Shown piece after piece: positions 1 to 12,932 of a stretch of DNA of 64,000 nt. Both the position numbers and the translations under genes were made by a program. The stretch comes from Octopus vulgaris (lineage: Eukaryota): positions 15,562,001-15,626,000 of the forward strand of contig OX597839.1 of NCBI GenBank assembly GCA_951406725.2. The letters are read 5' to 3'. The first letter of the stretch is position 1. The number at the start of each line of letters is the position of its first letter. A model generated the notes under the pieces. The model saw only the letters and a list, made by a program, of their open reading frames with translations, did not search any database and was not told the DNA's origin.

Positions 1-83
1 TACTGCTTTGAGAATATGTATGTGTTTATTGTAGGAATTTAAGGATTAAATGAATGATAATGAAGAAGAAATTAAATTTTCAG

Positions 84-183
84 GATTCAAGAAAGTGATG
101 AGAAAAACAACGAAGAATATAAAGCTTATATGAAGCAAAGAATGGAGACTGTTCTGAAGTTGAAAGAATCTATTGATGCTAGT
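84..183 (+). CDS. CFAP74: CFAP74 internal exon (IQESDEKNNEEYKAYMKQRMETVLKLKESIDAS)
   Basis: ttttcag acceptor, GTAAGT donor; phase 2 to 0; resembles the CFAP74 coiled-coil segment (recalled as MRRRMDAVVALKGSITA). Confidence 0.8.
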
Positions 184-397
184 GTAAGTATACCTCACTG
201 CCATCACACTGGAATGGTAACCATTGCTACTCCACAGAGTCAAGTTACCACACTGCTGCTACATGGCAGTGCTATGTCCCCAACACTGTTACTACACTGT
301 AATATCACAGTGTAGTGTCATTCTGTAACACTTTTACTGTATAGAATCATTCTGCTACACAGTTGTTACACTGTAGTGACAGCATACTACATTATTA

Positions 398-1286
398 CAG
401 GGTGTCCCAAAAGTCACTGATGGGCTTCAACTTTTAATAACTTGCTTAACTTTACAAATAAATGCATGAAATTTTGATACAATATAAAGGACATAATGGA
501 AATTCATATGCATAAGTCAAATTTTGCAACATTACTGCATTACATATGAAAAATGACATTGCTTAAAGGGCAGCCATTTTCGGCTTTGCATGCCCATGCT
601 CTTTCCAAAACTTGCACCATAACACCCTCAATTGTTTTAGACCCTACTTCACTGATTTCTCTATTGATGTTCTCCTTCAGTTGCACCATAGTCTCCAGTT
701 TGTTGATGTAAACCCTCTTTCAGGTATCCCCACAAGAAAAACTCTGGGCTAGTCAAGTCTGGGGAACGTGAAGGCCATTCAAAGTAGACCTCACACATGG
801 TTCCAGCAAGATGGTGCAACTTCTCATACTGCAAGATGCAAGAGAAACAATGCAGTTGCTACAGCAGTGCTTTGGAGAGAGAATAATCTATGTCAGTGTC
901 AACTAGCTTTCATGTTCCCCAGACTTGACAAGCCTGGATTTTTTCTTGAGGGGATACCTGAAAGAGAGAGTTTTCATCAACAAACTAGAGACCCTGATGC
1001 AACTGAAGGAGAACATCAATAGAAAAATAAGAGAAGTGGAGTCTGAAACTCTTGAGGGTGTTATGTTGCAAGTTTTGGAAAAAGCTCAGGTGTGCAGAGC
1101 TGAAAATGGCTGCCCTTTAAGCAATGTCATTTTTCCTATGTGATGTAGTGGTGTTGCAAAATTTGACTTGTGCATATTAATTTTCATTATGCCCTTTATA
1201 TTCTATCAAAATTTCATGCATTTATTTTGTTAAGTTTATGAAGTTATTAAAAATTAAAACCCATCAGTGACTTTTGGGATACCCTG
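398..1286. mobile_element. Non-autonomous Tc1/mariner (rosa/maT-like) foldback element
   Basis: TA flanks, termini CAGGGTGTCCCAAAAGTCACTGATGG / CCATCAGTGACTTTTGGGATACCCTG; transposase remnants WFQQDGATSHT and SPDLTSLDFFLRGYLKERV; ~380-bp inverted arms. Confidence 0.85.
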
Positions 1287-2586
1287 TACTATACTGTAGC
1301 ACCTTGTTGCCTCAAAAATATCATTTTATCACACTGCTAGTACACTGAAATGTCAAATTGGCATGTTGCTACTTCACAGTGGTGTCAGGTTTTTCATATC
1401 ACTACAACACCACAGTGTCAGATTACCTCACACTATTATATTATGATATATGAAGATGTTACTGTTTCTACTGTTGTGCAGTGTCAGAGTTTTCACTCAA
1501 TTACCTGCCACACTTTATTTTCATTTTACTGTGCAGATACTGTATTACAACACCAAACTACTACTCCACCACACAGTCAAGTTACCACACTACTACTCTA
1601 CTGCATTGCTGTGTTATTACTCTGCTACTACATTGATGTTTTGTATTACTACACTGCTAATACCTGCTTTCAGTCACTTGATTCTACCACAACTACCACT
1701 CTGGATTGTGTGCTCTCATGCACCTGTATAAGAAGGGAAATTTGAGAGGTGGGGTTAGTCAATTAAGTCTAATCCAGTACTTTACTAATACTTTTATTGA
1801 CCTCAGAAAGATGAAATGCAAAGCTGATCTTAAACCCTGCTGAGGTCATCTTTGCTTTCCACCTTTCCAGGGTCAGGTAGAGTACCCATATTATAAGGTA
1901 AACAATCTGATGTCCTTTTTAGTCTTCCAATTTTCTGCCAATCTTACCTGCATTACTATAATGAGCATAAAAAATCTAATTGGAAATAATTGTGTAGTGA
2001 ATAAATAACAACCTTAACTCAAAGACTAATATTACTTTGATAATTTCAGGAAAGAAACAACTCTTCAGTCAAACATAAGAAGAGCTCATTGTACTTACCA
2101 AATTGGATTTACAGTACTGTAGATGTACAGGTGTTAAAAATAAGTATACTTAAAAGATGGATCACTGTTGCCATCAACAACAAAAACTATAGCTAAGTTA
2201 GTCTTCACATATCTAATCTAGAGGACATGAAAAATCCTATTAGAGATAATTATGTGATGAGAAAACATTAGATCAATGGCTAATATTATTTAAATCACAA
2301 ATATTGAAAGATAATTCTGAGCATGTTTTGGTCACATTAAACCTCCTCAGTATTTTTGTTTCTTCGTGTTCTGAGTTTAAATCCCACATGACTTGACCCC
2401 TCCGACCCCAGGGTTCAATAATGTTAAGTAACAGTTATGTATTGAGGAGGAGAGGTCAGAAACATTCCAGTTGGGTATGTAATTCCCTACTTTTACTAAC
2501 TGGTGACCATGTTCTTGTCTAAATGTAAGAAGTTGTTATTCTATGAATATATTTATTTCCATCTCCTGGTTTTGATTGTATTTTAG

Positions 2587-2729
2587 AAAACACTTCGACA
2601 CTCCAAGAAGCAGCAAGCAGCTTCAGAGAGAGACACCTATGAAGAACAACAGACTGATTCAGAAAGAATTTGTTCAAAGATTACAGAAATTATAAAGGGG
2701 AAAAAAGAAATGGCAGAAAAACAAGAAAG
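2587..2729 (+). CDS. CFAP74: CFAP74 internal exon (KTLRHSKKQQAASERD...KEMAEKQE)
   Basis: ttttag acceptor, AG|GTGATT donor; phase 0 to 2; open frame joins both neighbours. Confidence 0.75.
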
Positions 2730-2967
2730 GTGATTAATAGTAGTTGTTTTAGTAATTGTTTTTTTTTTTGTTTTTGTTGCTCTAATGAAGACATGAGTAT
2801 ATCCATGGGGCTGGGTGGTTTAGGAACTACTAATTACAACCACATGTCATCAGATGTGATTCTACTGCATGGAACATTGGACAACAAGTATCTTCTACCA
2901 TAGCCTCAAATTGACCAATACTGTGTGAGTAAAATATAGAAGACAAAACTGTGCAAAAGCCTTTTTG

Positions 2968-2999
<32 letters not shown>

Positions 3000-3471
3000 T
3001 TAGGGTGATCGTGAATTAACAAATTACAAAAATAGAACCTGTTGCTTCTGGTTTAATCATATTTGGAATTATTTAGTTATTGAAGTTTGAAAAACATGAT
3101 ACTTCAAAGACAGTCTGGACATGAAGGCCAATATCACTGTTGGTGTATGAATTCAGAATTGGACTGAGAAAAGTTCATATGTGAGCTGAATTCCCTTTTT
3201 ATTTTTGTATTTACTTCCATATAGAAAGAACTGCTTAGTTGTATGGTTAAAAAGTTTCCTTACCTGGAACCACATAGTTATGAACCAAATGATTCCAGGC
3301 TGGATACACTGATTGGCATCATGGATAAGTGTCATCTGGGGTAGCCTTGTGTTGGCCAAAGCTTTGTGAGGGAAATTGTAGTAGAAACTATGTAGAAACC
3401 TGTTAGAAGGGCTGTTGCTCATCCAGCTAGTAGATTTAATCCTTCATAGAGTTGCTTGGTATAATGGATTA

Positions 3472-3703
3472 AGGCGGCGAGCTGGCAGAAACATTAGCAC
3501 GCCGGGCGAAATGCTTAGCGGTATTTCGTCTGCTGTTACGTTGTGAGTTCAAATTCCACTGAGGTCGATTTTGCCTTTCATCCTTTTGGGGTTGATAAAT
3601 TAAGTACAAGTTACGCACTGAGGTTGATGTAATCGACATAATACCTATGTCTGTTCTTGTTTGTCCCCTCTGTGTTTAGTCCCTTGTGGGTAAGAAAGAA
3701 ATA
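3472..3703 (+). mobile_element. tRNA-derived SINE with Meta/MESC-like core
   Basis: A/B-box-like head (TGGCAGAAAC...GAGTTCAAATTCC), core GCCTTTCATCCTTTTGGGGTTGATAAATTAAGTAC, target-site duplication GGTATAATGGATTA(AG) at 3458 and 3704. Confidence 0.85.
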
Positions 3704-4460
3704 GGTATAATGGATTAAGTCCAAACTATATTGCAAGCATTCAGACTGGATCTCTGGCCTGAGGATAACTTCTTCTCATCCTCCCACTAGTTTCAGAGGC
3801 TTTGAAAAGGGGTCATCTCAACCATTAAAAAGATAGACTTTTCCAATCTGTATTAAATTCATTACATAAAGGAGAGATAAACTCTTCTAGACTATTTTGC
3901 ATTAGATGTGCTACAGGCAGAAAAGAAGGATTCTTCAAGCTGCTGTTGTATATTATTTTCACTTAAAAAAGTAAAAATGGCCTCTTCTAGACAACTTTGT
4001 TATCAGATACACTACATGAAAAAACATACAAAAAACATTCCCTGAAACATTATACATACATCTGCTACTGTTGTTATTTTACCAAATGTCAACTCTGATT
4101 AAGACCTATGATCAAATGTCAATTCTGATTAAGAAGACCTATGATCAAAGACATTCTAACCATGACACTCACCATTTTATTCAGATAATGGTGTATCCAA
4201 GGCTACAATATTCAATGTGTTTCTCCTTTTCTTAATATGGTATGGTGAGATTTGAGGGAGATTTGGCTGCTATTTTGAATAAGTTGAGTAACCTAGAAAA
4301 AGCCTCTGTTGTGTCACGGTGGTGACTGAGTAATGCACTATATGGAGACAGAAGTATTTAGTAATATCTGTGTGATACACTTTATTGAAGAAGGTTCAGT
4401 GACATGATGCTTTGCAGCACATTCAATACCATTAACGCAGTTATGTTTTATGGCCAACAG

Positions 4461-4584
4461 AGAACTGAAGAGGAGGCAACAGGAAAATTCTTGCAAAATC
4501 ATTGAAAAGATTTTAATAGAAGAAAAGCTAAGAAAGAAATCAATGCAGAAACCTAAACCACCAACTACTTGTCTCTATATGAAG
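4461..4584 (+). CDS. CFAP74: CFAP74 internal exon (RELKRRQQENSCKIIEKILIEEKLRKK...)
   Basis: aacag acceptor, AAG|GTAAAT donor; phase 2 to 0; resembles CFAP74 EIISRILKEE motif. Confidence 0.8.
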
Positions 4585-5119
4585 GTAAATAAAAAAATAA
4601 ATTTGTCCATTTTTTTTTTATTCACTAGGAATGGTTATAATGCATGGTTATTTGTTGTTGTTGTTGTTGTTGTTGTATAATCCCAGATCAGTTGTGATCT
4701 GACAGCCATGTGGTACATAGCTAATCAGCTGGACAATTACATACAAACTACATGTTTATTATTCCAGTTATACTATGCCTGTGCCAAACTTAGAACCATG
4801 CTATACATTCCAACATTCACTGACATGCTGCCATGAGAGCCTTCAAAACTAAATACATATCACTATGTACTTTTGTTTGATTGTTTTTTAACTGTTTTAG
4901 CCATCTTTTCCTAGGCCTTACTGGAACATTAAATTGTAAGGAAAAATGTGACTGTGCCACTGTCCTGATATGTTGCATGTTCTCCAGTCTCTAGTTTATT
5001 ACTGTAAAAATTTTGTTGTTTATTTAACTCCAGGTCAGCCTTGATCAAATTTATCAAAGGCATGCTAACCATGACCAATTCCTTTTTCAGATTCAATGCC
5101 TCCCAGATAATATCTAACA

Positions 5120-5418
5120 TGTGCCAGTGGCATGTAAAAAACACCATTCGACCATGACCAATCCCAGTGCCTCCTGACTAGCACCTGTGCCAATGGCACA
5201 TAAAAAGTACCATTCGAGTGTGGCCAATGCCAGTGCCACCAGGCTGGCATGTAAAAAGCACCCACTGCACTCAGAGTGGTTGGTGTTAAGAAGGGCATCC
5301 AGCTGTAGAAACCATGCCAAACAGATTGGAGCCTGGTGCAGCCTCCCAGTGTACCAGTTCTCAGTCAAACCATCAAACCCATACCAGCATGGAAAGCGAA
5401 CATTAAATGATGATGATG
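5120..5418 (+). mobile_element. RTE-type 3' end / RTE-tailed repeat with (GAT)n tail
   Basis: GCATGTAAAAAGCACCC...AAGGGCATCCAGCTGTAGAAAC...CAGCATGGAAAGCGAACATTAAATGATGATGATG; related copies near 9855-9965 (-) and 19925-20188 (+). Confidence 0.65.
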
Positions 5419-6071
5419 TCTTCCTTTTGAGTCAACAGATTTGAGGGAGATTTGGCTGCATTTCTCACAAATCAATAACTACATAGAGGCTTTCCCATAA
5501 TCTTTCTTCACAACTCTTGTTGTGGATTAGCCCTACATCAACCCTGATTGAATAGACCTATGACAAATGCATTCCATTCGTGTCCCTCCAGCCTTATTTG
5601 TAGTTATTGCTTAACCCCAGATCAACGCTGGTTAAAGATATTTACAATCAAAGGTGTTTCAACAGTAACTATCCCATCTTGATTTCAAACATAATGTATC
5701 TAAAACCACATTATCTATCAATGTGTCCTTCCTTTTCAAGAAAGTATGGTGTAGTTTGGAAGATATTTGCCTGCTATATCTCATATATCAAGCAATCAGA
5801 TAAAATTCCCTCTTTGGCTCTATAATGAATGTTGTTCTCTTGAGTCCAAGACCAACCCTCATTGAACAGACCTATAATAAAAAACATTCCATCCATGACT
5901 ATTCTGACCTTCGCTAGAAACATTACATGTTTAAGACTACCTTATCTAACATGTCCGTCCCCTTTGAAGTTAGTAGGTTAAAATGTAAGGGATATCTGGC
6001 TGTTAAGATAGGTTATAATTTAGGCAAATACTTGAGTATATATTGATGATCCTCTTTTGTTTATTTTCTAG

Positions 6072-6186
6072 CAAAGGAAAAATGTTATTCCACTGTTACA
6101 GAAAGTCAATTTTCTAGATGCCATCAATGATGTGGAAAAACCATCTTCACATCTTCCAAAGATAGACATTAAAACATCTTCAATCT
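6072..6186 (+). CDS. CFAP74: CFAP74 internal exon (QRKNVIPLLQKVNFLDAIND...KTSSI)
   Basis: ttattttctag acceptor, GTAAGT donor; phase 0 to 1 fits both neighbours. Confidence 0.7.
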
Positions 6187-6365
6187 GTAAGTAATCTTCT
6201 CTTATTAAACTGCCTTCTCTGTTACTAAGTAGCCCCCCATTGATAACCTGTCTGCCGTTGTTGTTATCCACTCTTTTATTGAGAAAAATTACTCCTTAAC
6301 TATCTCTGATATATTCTTTTATCTGTAAATACCTACCATAGAGATATACAATTCACAGCTGTAAG

Positions 6366-6810
6366 TATGAGCTGGTATCAAAAAGTTCCCAGACTAATTC
6401 TGTAGCATGCCAACAGATTGCAGCACACACTGGCATGCACAGTGAGAGCTAGCAGTGACCTTCATGAGGCAGTGTGCCAAGAGACATTGCTGTGTTTACT
6501 TTGTAAGTTGTGAAATTTGTGTTTTTGTGATCACATTTGTATGTTGTAGTCTATGATTTTTGTCATGGACAAGAACACAGAGCCAACATAAAACTTTTTG
6601 TGTTAAACTTGGGAAGTCTGCTACAGAGACATTGAGAATGCTTTGGTAAGCTTACGGTGACAAAGCAATGGGTCATATGCAATGTTTCAAGTAGCATAAG
6701 GGCTTCAAAAGTGGAAGAATGTTCCTGGAAGACAACGAGCAATGTGGAAAATCTGCCACAAGTTGGCATGCTACAGAATTAGTCGGGGAACTTTTTGATA
6801 CCAGCTCATA
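6366..6810 (+). mobile_element. Mariner-derived non-autonomous element with transposase N-terminal remnant
   Basis: Inverted termini TATGAGCTGGTATCAAAAAGTTCCC; remnants FCVKLGKSATETLRML and AYGDKAM...FKSGR..LED typical of the mariner HTH region. Confidence 0.8.
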
Positions 6811-6834
6811 CTTATAGCTGTGAATTGTATCTCC

Positions 6835-7450
6835 CTTACATTACACATCCAGCAAAGCATACTAGCTTCATTCCTCTCTAACCTTTGCATGTCCTCTTCA
6901 TTCAAGGCCCACATCTCACTACCATGTAGAATTGCTGTTCATGTACATGCATCGTACAAGCTTCCTTTCATTCAAAGAGAGAAACCTTTCATAACCAACA
7001 GAGATGAAAGGTCTCTGAATTCACTCCATCCTATTCTTATTCTAGCTATTACACTCTCTTTGCATCTTCCTTCACAACTAATTTGGTCCTCTACATAGCA
7101 GAAATTATCTACAACCTCTAATGAGCCACCAGGGCATTTGAGAAAATCAATTTCCCTAGCCTCTGTGGTTTTAGGGATCCTGTACATCTTCAACATACGA
7201 ATACTACTATCTCTGATAACCTTCCTATTATTCCACCGGGTACACTATATGAAGTTTTTGCCTACACAATTCCTACAAATCAAGCAAAGCCACCTACCTG
7301 AAGTGGGTAGGGTCTTGTCTGTTTTCTGACTTACTAGGACCTTGGTTTTTGTTGGATTAACCATAAGGCCCTTGAATTCCAGGTTTTACTTCTACACCAG
7401 GAATTTCTCTTCTAGCTCTGATATGGAATCTACTATGAGGGCAAGATCAT
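6835..7450 (-). mobile_element. RTE-clade LINE fragment (RT C-terminal part), degenerate
   Basis: LEVVDNFCY...ARIRIGWSEFRDLSSLL...AILHGSEMWAL...LERNEASML motifs with stops and frameshifts. Confidence 0.8.
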
Positions 7451-7585
7451 CATATACACACACACATACACACACGTTGACATACATTCATATCTATCTA
7501 CATGCATACACTGCCTTCTGCTAAATTTCCTTTTGTCACTCGTTAAAATTAATGAATATTGCTCTTATCTCTGTTCATGTTGAAG

Positions 7586-7707
7586 ATGAAGATGAAACCA
7601 ATTTAGCTGTGCCAGAGTTTGATGGGCTTTGGAAAGAACATGATTTTCTCAAGAAAACTAATGCATTACCTGAGGAGCAAATTGGTTTTGAAAATAGATC
7701 AACAAAA
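7586..7707 (+). CDS. CFAP74: CFAP74 internal exon (EDETNLAVPEFDGLWKEH...ENRSTK)
   Basis: Matches the CFAP74 LAEPEISGLW motif; GTAAGA donor; acceptor gttgaag is less certain; phase 1 to 0. Confidence 0.8.
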
Positions 7708-9372
7708 GTAAGATATAGAAATATGTTTCATGTTATGACATTATTGTTCGTTTTTGGGTATCAGTGTGGGTGGCTTTAATCTTATGTTTTTTTTTTGTAG
7801 CTGTTGATGTGTAGTGTCCGGGTTAGCTCAATTTTGATTGATCGATATCATGGTATCCACTGATTAAGTAAAGCATTGCAGTGAAATAAGAAAATTGTAT
7901 GAGCATGTCTTGGTGATAATGGGAGTGGAGTGATTATGGAGGTTGATAGAGGGTGGGTGATGGTAATGGTGTGGGGAGACTTGTCGTGAGAATGATGTGT
8001 GGAATGGGAAGTAAAAGCAGGGCACCAGATTGTAAGCCTTAAAGCATTTAGTTTTCTTCCTCTACTGTTCTGAGCTCAAATTCCACTGAGTTCAACCTTG
8101 ATTTTCATCTCTCTCTAATGAGAATAAAATTAATTCTGTTGTCATTTAGCTCTGTGTCAGCTCTGATTGATCAAAACTACAAAGGCATTCTCATCATGAA
8201 TACAATGTTTCTCTTCTTTTTTTTTCCTCTCCCCTTCCCCAGGCATCTAGGACTGCATTATCCAGTACATCCTTTCTTTATATATATATCTCTGGTTATT
8301 GAATATCAGAGTAGTAAGACCAATAGAGTTTTATGCTTATCATAAGAATCAATATATTACTTTTGCTTCTTGTTCTTCACTGTTAATTTTGCTTGGCTAA
8401 ACAGACTGTATTTAAATATATGAAGTGTGAATAGCCTGATATAAAAGCCAGTTTAAATCGAGCTTTAATTTAGTAAAAGTTCTCCTTCCATCTTTAGGCA
8501 GAGCTGTAGAGACAGTAGTTTACAACACTATTTACAGCAGCAATACCAGACCATAATTGCAGCTTCTGTGGAGGTCCAAATATTTGTATTGTTATTATAA
8601 ACATAATTTACATAAAATTATTATCCTTTTATGCATCTCCCAATAAAAATATAAAATACTTATGTACAATATTACCAAAAAAATTTCAGTATTTTAATTG
8701 TAATCATTTAACAGAAAATAGACAAGTGTAATCATGTTTTTTAATAGGGTTTTTTAATGCAAACATAGCAATGTAGCTCAAAGCCTGCAGATTGTTTATT
8801 AGTTTGTGGTGATTGAGCAAATTGCTGTGGAGCTGTATTATTATGAGCCAGTGTAGATAAGTCAATGTTATTTTCAGGAATATTGATACCTTCAGTTGGA
8901 TCACTGTCATCATACCTAACCTGAATCTTATCTGAGGTATGTCCTGATGCTGGAGAAGAGCCTCTTGTTGCTACAATAACTTCTCAACTCCTGGGGAAAT
9001 GAATGTGAGCATAATGGAGATTTAAATCTATTAATTTAATATCTTGGACTACAGGGTCATCTTTGTTATTGGTATACCTTCTCAACAAAACTTTTCCAGT
9101 CAAGTAATGTCAGGTTATCATTTTCATTTAGCATTTTTTCAAGAAAGGCAAAGAGACATACCAAATGATAATTCTATTTTGCCATGAGAAAGAAAAGACG
9201 TTTACTATTTCAGACAGAACTCTTTCTCTGACAAAGAGTACTGACTGAAATGTTAAACTTCTCTTCCTTGTAGCAAAACAATTTATTCTACTTTGCAAAC
9301 CATTTTTTAAAAACAAATATAAAAAGATATGTCTAGCGTAAAAGCCTTTTATTTATATATATTTTATTGCAG

Positions 9373-9477
9373 GAAAACATAAAGAAGACTCTCTCAAAGG
9401 CAGACATTCCAAGTGACAAATCTCCAGAAACAGTCACTACTGCTTTTCATGGAAAACCAGATGTTATTCATTTCAAG
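9373..9477 (+). CDS. CFAP74: CFAP74 internal exon (ENIKKTLSK...TAFHGKPDVIHFK)
   Basis: ttgcag acceptor, AAG|GTAAGA donor; matches PFNSKPELIHFK. Confidence 0.9.
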
Positions 9478-10096
9478 GTAAGAGTTAAGTGTTAATTTAT
9501 GTTGTAAAGATATATGTGGTTGTTTAACATGTGTTGTTGATAACGAAATTTTGGATTTTAGTGTTTTCTGTAATATATTATTAGTGTCAGTTTATAGTGT
9601 AGTATGATGCATCTTGTTTAGCTTTAAGAGATTTTCTTTATGTGTTCAAGTGCTCCATACTGGATGTGATTTGTGTACTTTTAGTAGAGGTAATGCACAA
9701 TGTGTCTGTTGCCTTGCATTTCTGTTTGTATTCATCAAAAACTTGGTTTCTTTGCAGTCTGTTGTCAATTTATGCTTGTTTTATTCTGTTGATTTCACTA
9801 TGTAAATGCTATCCTAAAGAATAATTTTACCAACGACATTTTGTAGCTATGTATCATCATCATCATCGTTTAATGTCCGCTTTCCATGCTAGCATGGGTC
9901 GGATGGTTTGACCAGGGATTAGGCATAGTTTTCTATGGATGGTGCTTTTTACATGCCACTGGCACACTATCTCTGTATAGATACATGAAGTTGTTTATGC
10001 TAAAATATTCAGATATTATATGATGGCATCTTTGGGTATTTTCACTTGTGGGGGAATTTCACGTATACACACATCAAATTTCCTATTTTTCTACAG

Positions 10097-10215
10097 GATA
10101 TTGAAGTTGGCAAAAGCTATAGAAAAAGGACAGTGATCACCAATGTGTCCAGTAACGTAAATTATATAAGATACAGTCATGTGACATCAAAAATGAAAGA
10201 CTTTGTTGATATTGA
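10097..10215 (+). CDS. CFAP74: CFAP74 internal exon (DIEVGKSYRKRTVITNVS...KDFVDIE)
   Basis: ctacag acceptor, GTAAGT donor; matches DFDIGKVYKKKITLVN of the ASH/Ig-like domain. Confidence 0.9.
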
Positions 10216-10304
10216 GTAAGTAAACATCTCTATTCTTCTTTTGATGTAGTTGTAAAATGGCTGTGTTGATTATGGCTATGAACTTTCTTTTACATTACTC
10301 AGAC

Positions 10305-10561
10305 CAGTGGTTTTCAACCAGTCTTTTGTTTGTGGACCCCTTTCGTTCCTATTTTACTCCATTGGGCCCCCATGGCCATTTGAAGTTTTTAAAATTTCTA
10401 TTATATTTTTGTAATTAAATATCATTAGGAACTGTATAAAAAAAATTGTTTAAATATTTTGTGCATTGTAGAAATATGCCTGATTTATTGCTCATAATCT
10501 TTAACAATTAACTCTTATATGGGACCCCAAGGGTCATGTGGATCTCCATTGAGAACCACTG
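10305..10561. mobile_element. hAT (Charlie-like) MITE
   Basis: Termini CAGTGGTTTTCAA / TTGAGAACCACTG; degenerate 8-bp TSD ACTCAGAC/GCTTAGAC; second copy at 29569-29786. Confidence 0.8.
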
Positions 10562-12224
10562 GCTTAGACAGAGGAGGAAGGTCAATGTCAAGGGCCCTTT
10601 ACAGGGCCTTGAAGGTTTAGGATGCATAGGAAGAAAAGTAGAAGTGTGCTTTACTAAAGTCACCCAACAGCCAGATGGTGATAGATTTAGCCTGACACTC
10701 AAGAAATACAACTAAATTAAAACATTTAAAAATATAATTTAGTATAAAAAATATTTTCAAAACTTATAGTAAATATGAATTTTCCCATTGAAATGGAAGT
10801 TATATATGTTCAATGTCTAAATGTCTGAGATGCTTTATTGAGGGCATACTTTTAATTTTTTGGTCTCTTAATCTCATATTCAAGGATGGAAAATACCACC
10901 ACAGTCATCATCATCATTCTTTATCTATCTTTCTCTGTTCACATGGATTAGATTGGTCTCATGATGTCCTATCACATGATGTGGTCTGCTACATGCATTA
11001 CAGAAACAAAACCATTAACGTTGTTGTGTACATCTTTCAGTGTTGATGAGGTGCATCATATGAAGCTTATTAGTACTGGCAAGTTAGCTTATGTGAGAGG
11101 ACTAAAGAGTCCTCTTTACATTATATCAGCTTTTATTCAAACGTACTATATTCCTGGTGTGTAGTCTGCAGTGTGGCTTATACATACCATTTTGTGGCAT
11201 GGTTTATATTGTCTAATGTTTTTACCATCAATCGTCATACAGCATGTATAGGATGCACTTTATGATGCTACCAGCATTAGAGGTTTTGTCCCATGTGGAA
11301 AGATTAAAAAGTCCCCTTCCCTTTACTGTGTATCACTTTTATATCCGTTAAAGTTAAAAATTCAAAGAAATTACAATCCGATTGACTGTGTTGACAGATC
11401 TTACATGTTGAGTCTCATAGCCTGCTAGAAATATTAACGAAATATCCCTGAAATTGCACAACTTTACATTTCATCCTTTCAGGATTAATAACATAAAGTA
11501 ACAGGTGAGTATTGAGTTGATTTTTGATTGACCGTACTCCAATTCACAAAGCATTGATCATCCTAAGGCTTGCCCAAGTGGGATGAAACCCTAAATTCTG
11601 AACCACACAGAATGCCAATGTCTAAAATCCAGCATGGCTACAGTTCAAAAACTGAAAGTAGTAAAAGAATAAATGAGTAAATGATTAAATACTTTCTGCA
11701 GTTTACAGTCTTATTATCTTTCCAATATCAATAAAATGAATACCAGTATATATACTGTGCATTAATCAACTATATTCCCTTTCTTTTGAATTTTGTAACC
11801 TTGTGCCACAAAAAATGTTATTGTGGTTGCTTTTAGTGTTTAACCTCAGATTATATCTGATCATGCAAACTTATTATGAAAGGCATTCCAACCATGATCA
11901 TCCATCATTTTATATATATAAGAGAGATAATATTGTCCTTTTCTTAAATACTAGGGTATTGTGCTTTGAGATGATATTTAGCTGCTATTTCTAATTGATT
12001 AAACAACCACATAAAGGGACCCTCTGCTTTATAATTGTGATTTTAATGGTAAAGCCAAGGCAGAAGCACTGTAGTGCTACTGAACATTTGGAGTTCTTTA
12101 GTTGTGTGTATCTATCTGTGTTCTGAATTCAAATCCTATGGCAATCAATTTTGCTCTGTGTATTTCTAATATCATAAAAAAGTTCCAGCCAATCAAGTCT
12201 TTTTTTTTCTTTCTTTTTTTTTAG

Positions 12225-12291
12225 ATTTCACCCACCAGGCCTTTTGTCTCCTGGGATGGCTTGTGAACTATTTGTCACCTTTAAACCTTTG
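12225..12291 (+). CDS. CFAP74: CFAP74 internal exon (FHPPGLLSPGMACELFVTFKPL)
   Basis: Long polypyrimidine tract + AG, GTAAGA donor; matches FDPPGPLSAGMSCEVLVTFKP. Confidence 0.92.
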
Positions 12292-12781
12292 GTAAGATTT
12301 GTTTATTGTCAAAAACTTATTGCACTTACTTATAGTAAATTGTCAGCATTAATTACTGTAATACTAATTAACTAACTCATAATTTTGTATACAAAATTTT
12401 GCATCCTTACTTATCAAATCAACTTAGCATACTAACTTAATATACTACCTTATTAATGAGGTTCTTTAGTCAATCTACTGTTTGGGGGCTATTTGCTCAA
12501 TTTTTTTTTCTTTTGGCTTCATCACATGAGAAAAAAGACGCCTGTCTGTGCTAGACAACATGTGGATACAGGTATAGCTGGGTATTTAATAAGTTCACTT
12601 TGTAACCATGTTGTTTCAGGTTTAATCCTACTGCACAAAACTTAAATGCCTTCTATTATAGCTTTAGATTGATCAAAACTTGATAAAGGAAATCTTAGAT
12701 TGTCATCTTTCTTTCCTCCCACCAGTTATGAAGGCCCTGAGAAGGGTCAAGGTGCTGCTCTTTCTCCTTTTACTAAACTTC

Positions 12782-12812
<31 letters not shown>

Positions 12813-12815
<3 letters not shown>

Positions 12816-12932
12816 TACGGCCATATCACATTTTAAAGCACCGGTTCTTGTCCGATCACCGAAGTTAAGCAAAATCGAGCCTAGTTAGTACTTAGATGGG
12901 TGACCGCTTGGGAAACCTAGGTGCTGTAAACA
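12813..12932 (+). pseudogene. 5S rRNA-derived sequence forming the head of a composite SINE
   Basis: Full-length 5S-like GTTTACGGCCATATCAC...GTCCGATCACCGAAGTTAAGC...TTAGTACTTAGATGGGTGACCGCTTGGGAAACCTAGGTGCTGTAAAC; no oligo-T terminator, runs directly into a tRNA-like module. Confidence 0.85.

Noticed and set aside
2050-2130. Possible 81-nt in-frame cassette exon (ERNNSSVKHKK...)
   Set aside because: Weak donor (GTGTTA), and the flanking exons already join collinearly with CFAP74.
12813-12932. Functional 5S rRNA gene
   Set aside because: Solitary, lacks an oligo-T terminator and is fused to a SINE body within TA repeats.
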